Shown here piece by piece: positions 34,228-34,634 of a stretch of 34,634 nt of DNA. The notes beneath the pieces were generated by a model. It saw nothing but the letters and a program-made list of their open reading frames with translations. It searched no databases and had not been told where the DNA came from. The stretch's first letter is position 1, and each line of letters opens with the position of its first letter. The stretch is from a virus. The stretch lies in the IMG/VR virus record IMGVR_UViG_3300025644_000010. One strand, written 5' to 3'. A program made the translations under genes and the position numbers.

Positions 34228-34608
34228 TTACTCATATAAATGTGATGATTTATGTCTGCTACTATCAACACTATCAAAATCATAAAATGCGTTTGATACT
34301 GATGCAAAACAAGTAGGACATCGAAATCTAAAAGGTTCTCTTAATTTTTTATTACATTTAACACAACGTCTACCATTAAATTTACCAAGAATTTCTTTTG
34401 GTGATTTACGTAAAACATCTTTAAATGGTATTTTTCTTTGGTAGTTTCTAGATCTTTCTAAAATTTTTAATCGTTTTTTCTCTTGACATTCTTCTTTTTC
34501 ACATGCTGTTCGTCGCCACCAATTAGTTAGATTTCTTGGAATTTTGTCATTACAAAATTCACAAAAATTATCTGGTTGATTGTTTGCTTTATTCTTAGAT
34601 TTTGACAA
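34228..34608 (-). CDS. Basic zinc-finger-like protein
   Basis: CEFC, CEKEEC, CVKC and CPTC; TTG start after AGGAG. Confidence 0.55.
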   Translation of the reverse strand: MSKSKNKANNQPDNFCEFCNDKIPRNLTNWWRRTACEKEECQEKKRLKILERSRNYQRKIPFKDVLRKSPKEILGKFNGRRCVKCNKKLREPFRFRCPTCFASVSNAFYDFDSVDSSRHKSSHLYE

Positions 34609-34634
34609 TTATTTCTCCTATTCATCATTTTCAT

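Noticed and set aside
190-34608. Stop-codon reassignment (TAG or TGA recoding, as in some large phages)
   Set aside because: Long conserved genes are intact in code 11, and TAG and TGA serve as real stops followed by RBSs or terminators (e.g. 5787, 19910, 12241).

Overview
This is a very AT-rich (roughly 27-30% GC by eye), gene-dense segment in which every credible gene lies on the minus strand, most with AGGAG-type RBSs and overlapping stop/start codons. The content fits a large lytic tailed bacteriophage (T4-like or jumbo-type replication and early region) of a bacterium with peptidoglycan and lipoproteins, using genetic code 11. Recognisable genes are: a standalone DEDD 3'-5' exonuclease, DHH phosphoesterase, a C-terminal-only family B DNA polymerase, tRNA-Ile2(CAU), thymidylate synthase, lipoprotein lytic transglycosylase, UvrD/PcrA helicase, an XRE-HTH/sigma70-region-4 fusion, an SF2 helicase, a family-4 UDG-like Fe-S protein, a tail-less SSB, a type IIA topoisomerase B subunit, a palm-only PolB-like protein, a clamp-loader ATPase and an HNH endonuclease, plus dozens of small hypothetical genes. 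The features not explained by standard annotation are: (1) a self-contained four-gene unit encoding an SF2 helicase with eight ~56-58 aa repeats that alternate constant and hypervariable segments, a SAM-methyltransferase-like protein, a SplB-like radical SAM enzyme and a small acidic protein; (2) two GC-rich intergenic elements with paired ends (230 nt and 116 nt) that look like unannotated structured RNAs; (3) five copies of a hairpin-plus-promoter cassette with the invariant core ATATAGAAATAATA, one of which abuts a 5'-truncated gene; (4) five copies of a stop-to-RBS junction motif, TAAAAC-N6-8-RAGATCT; and (5) an apparently fragmented PolB. All family assignments come from motif recognition by eye; no database search was run.
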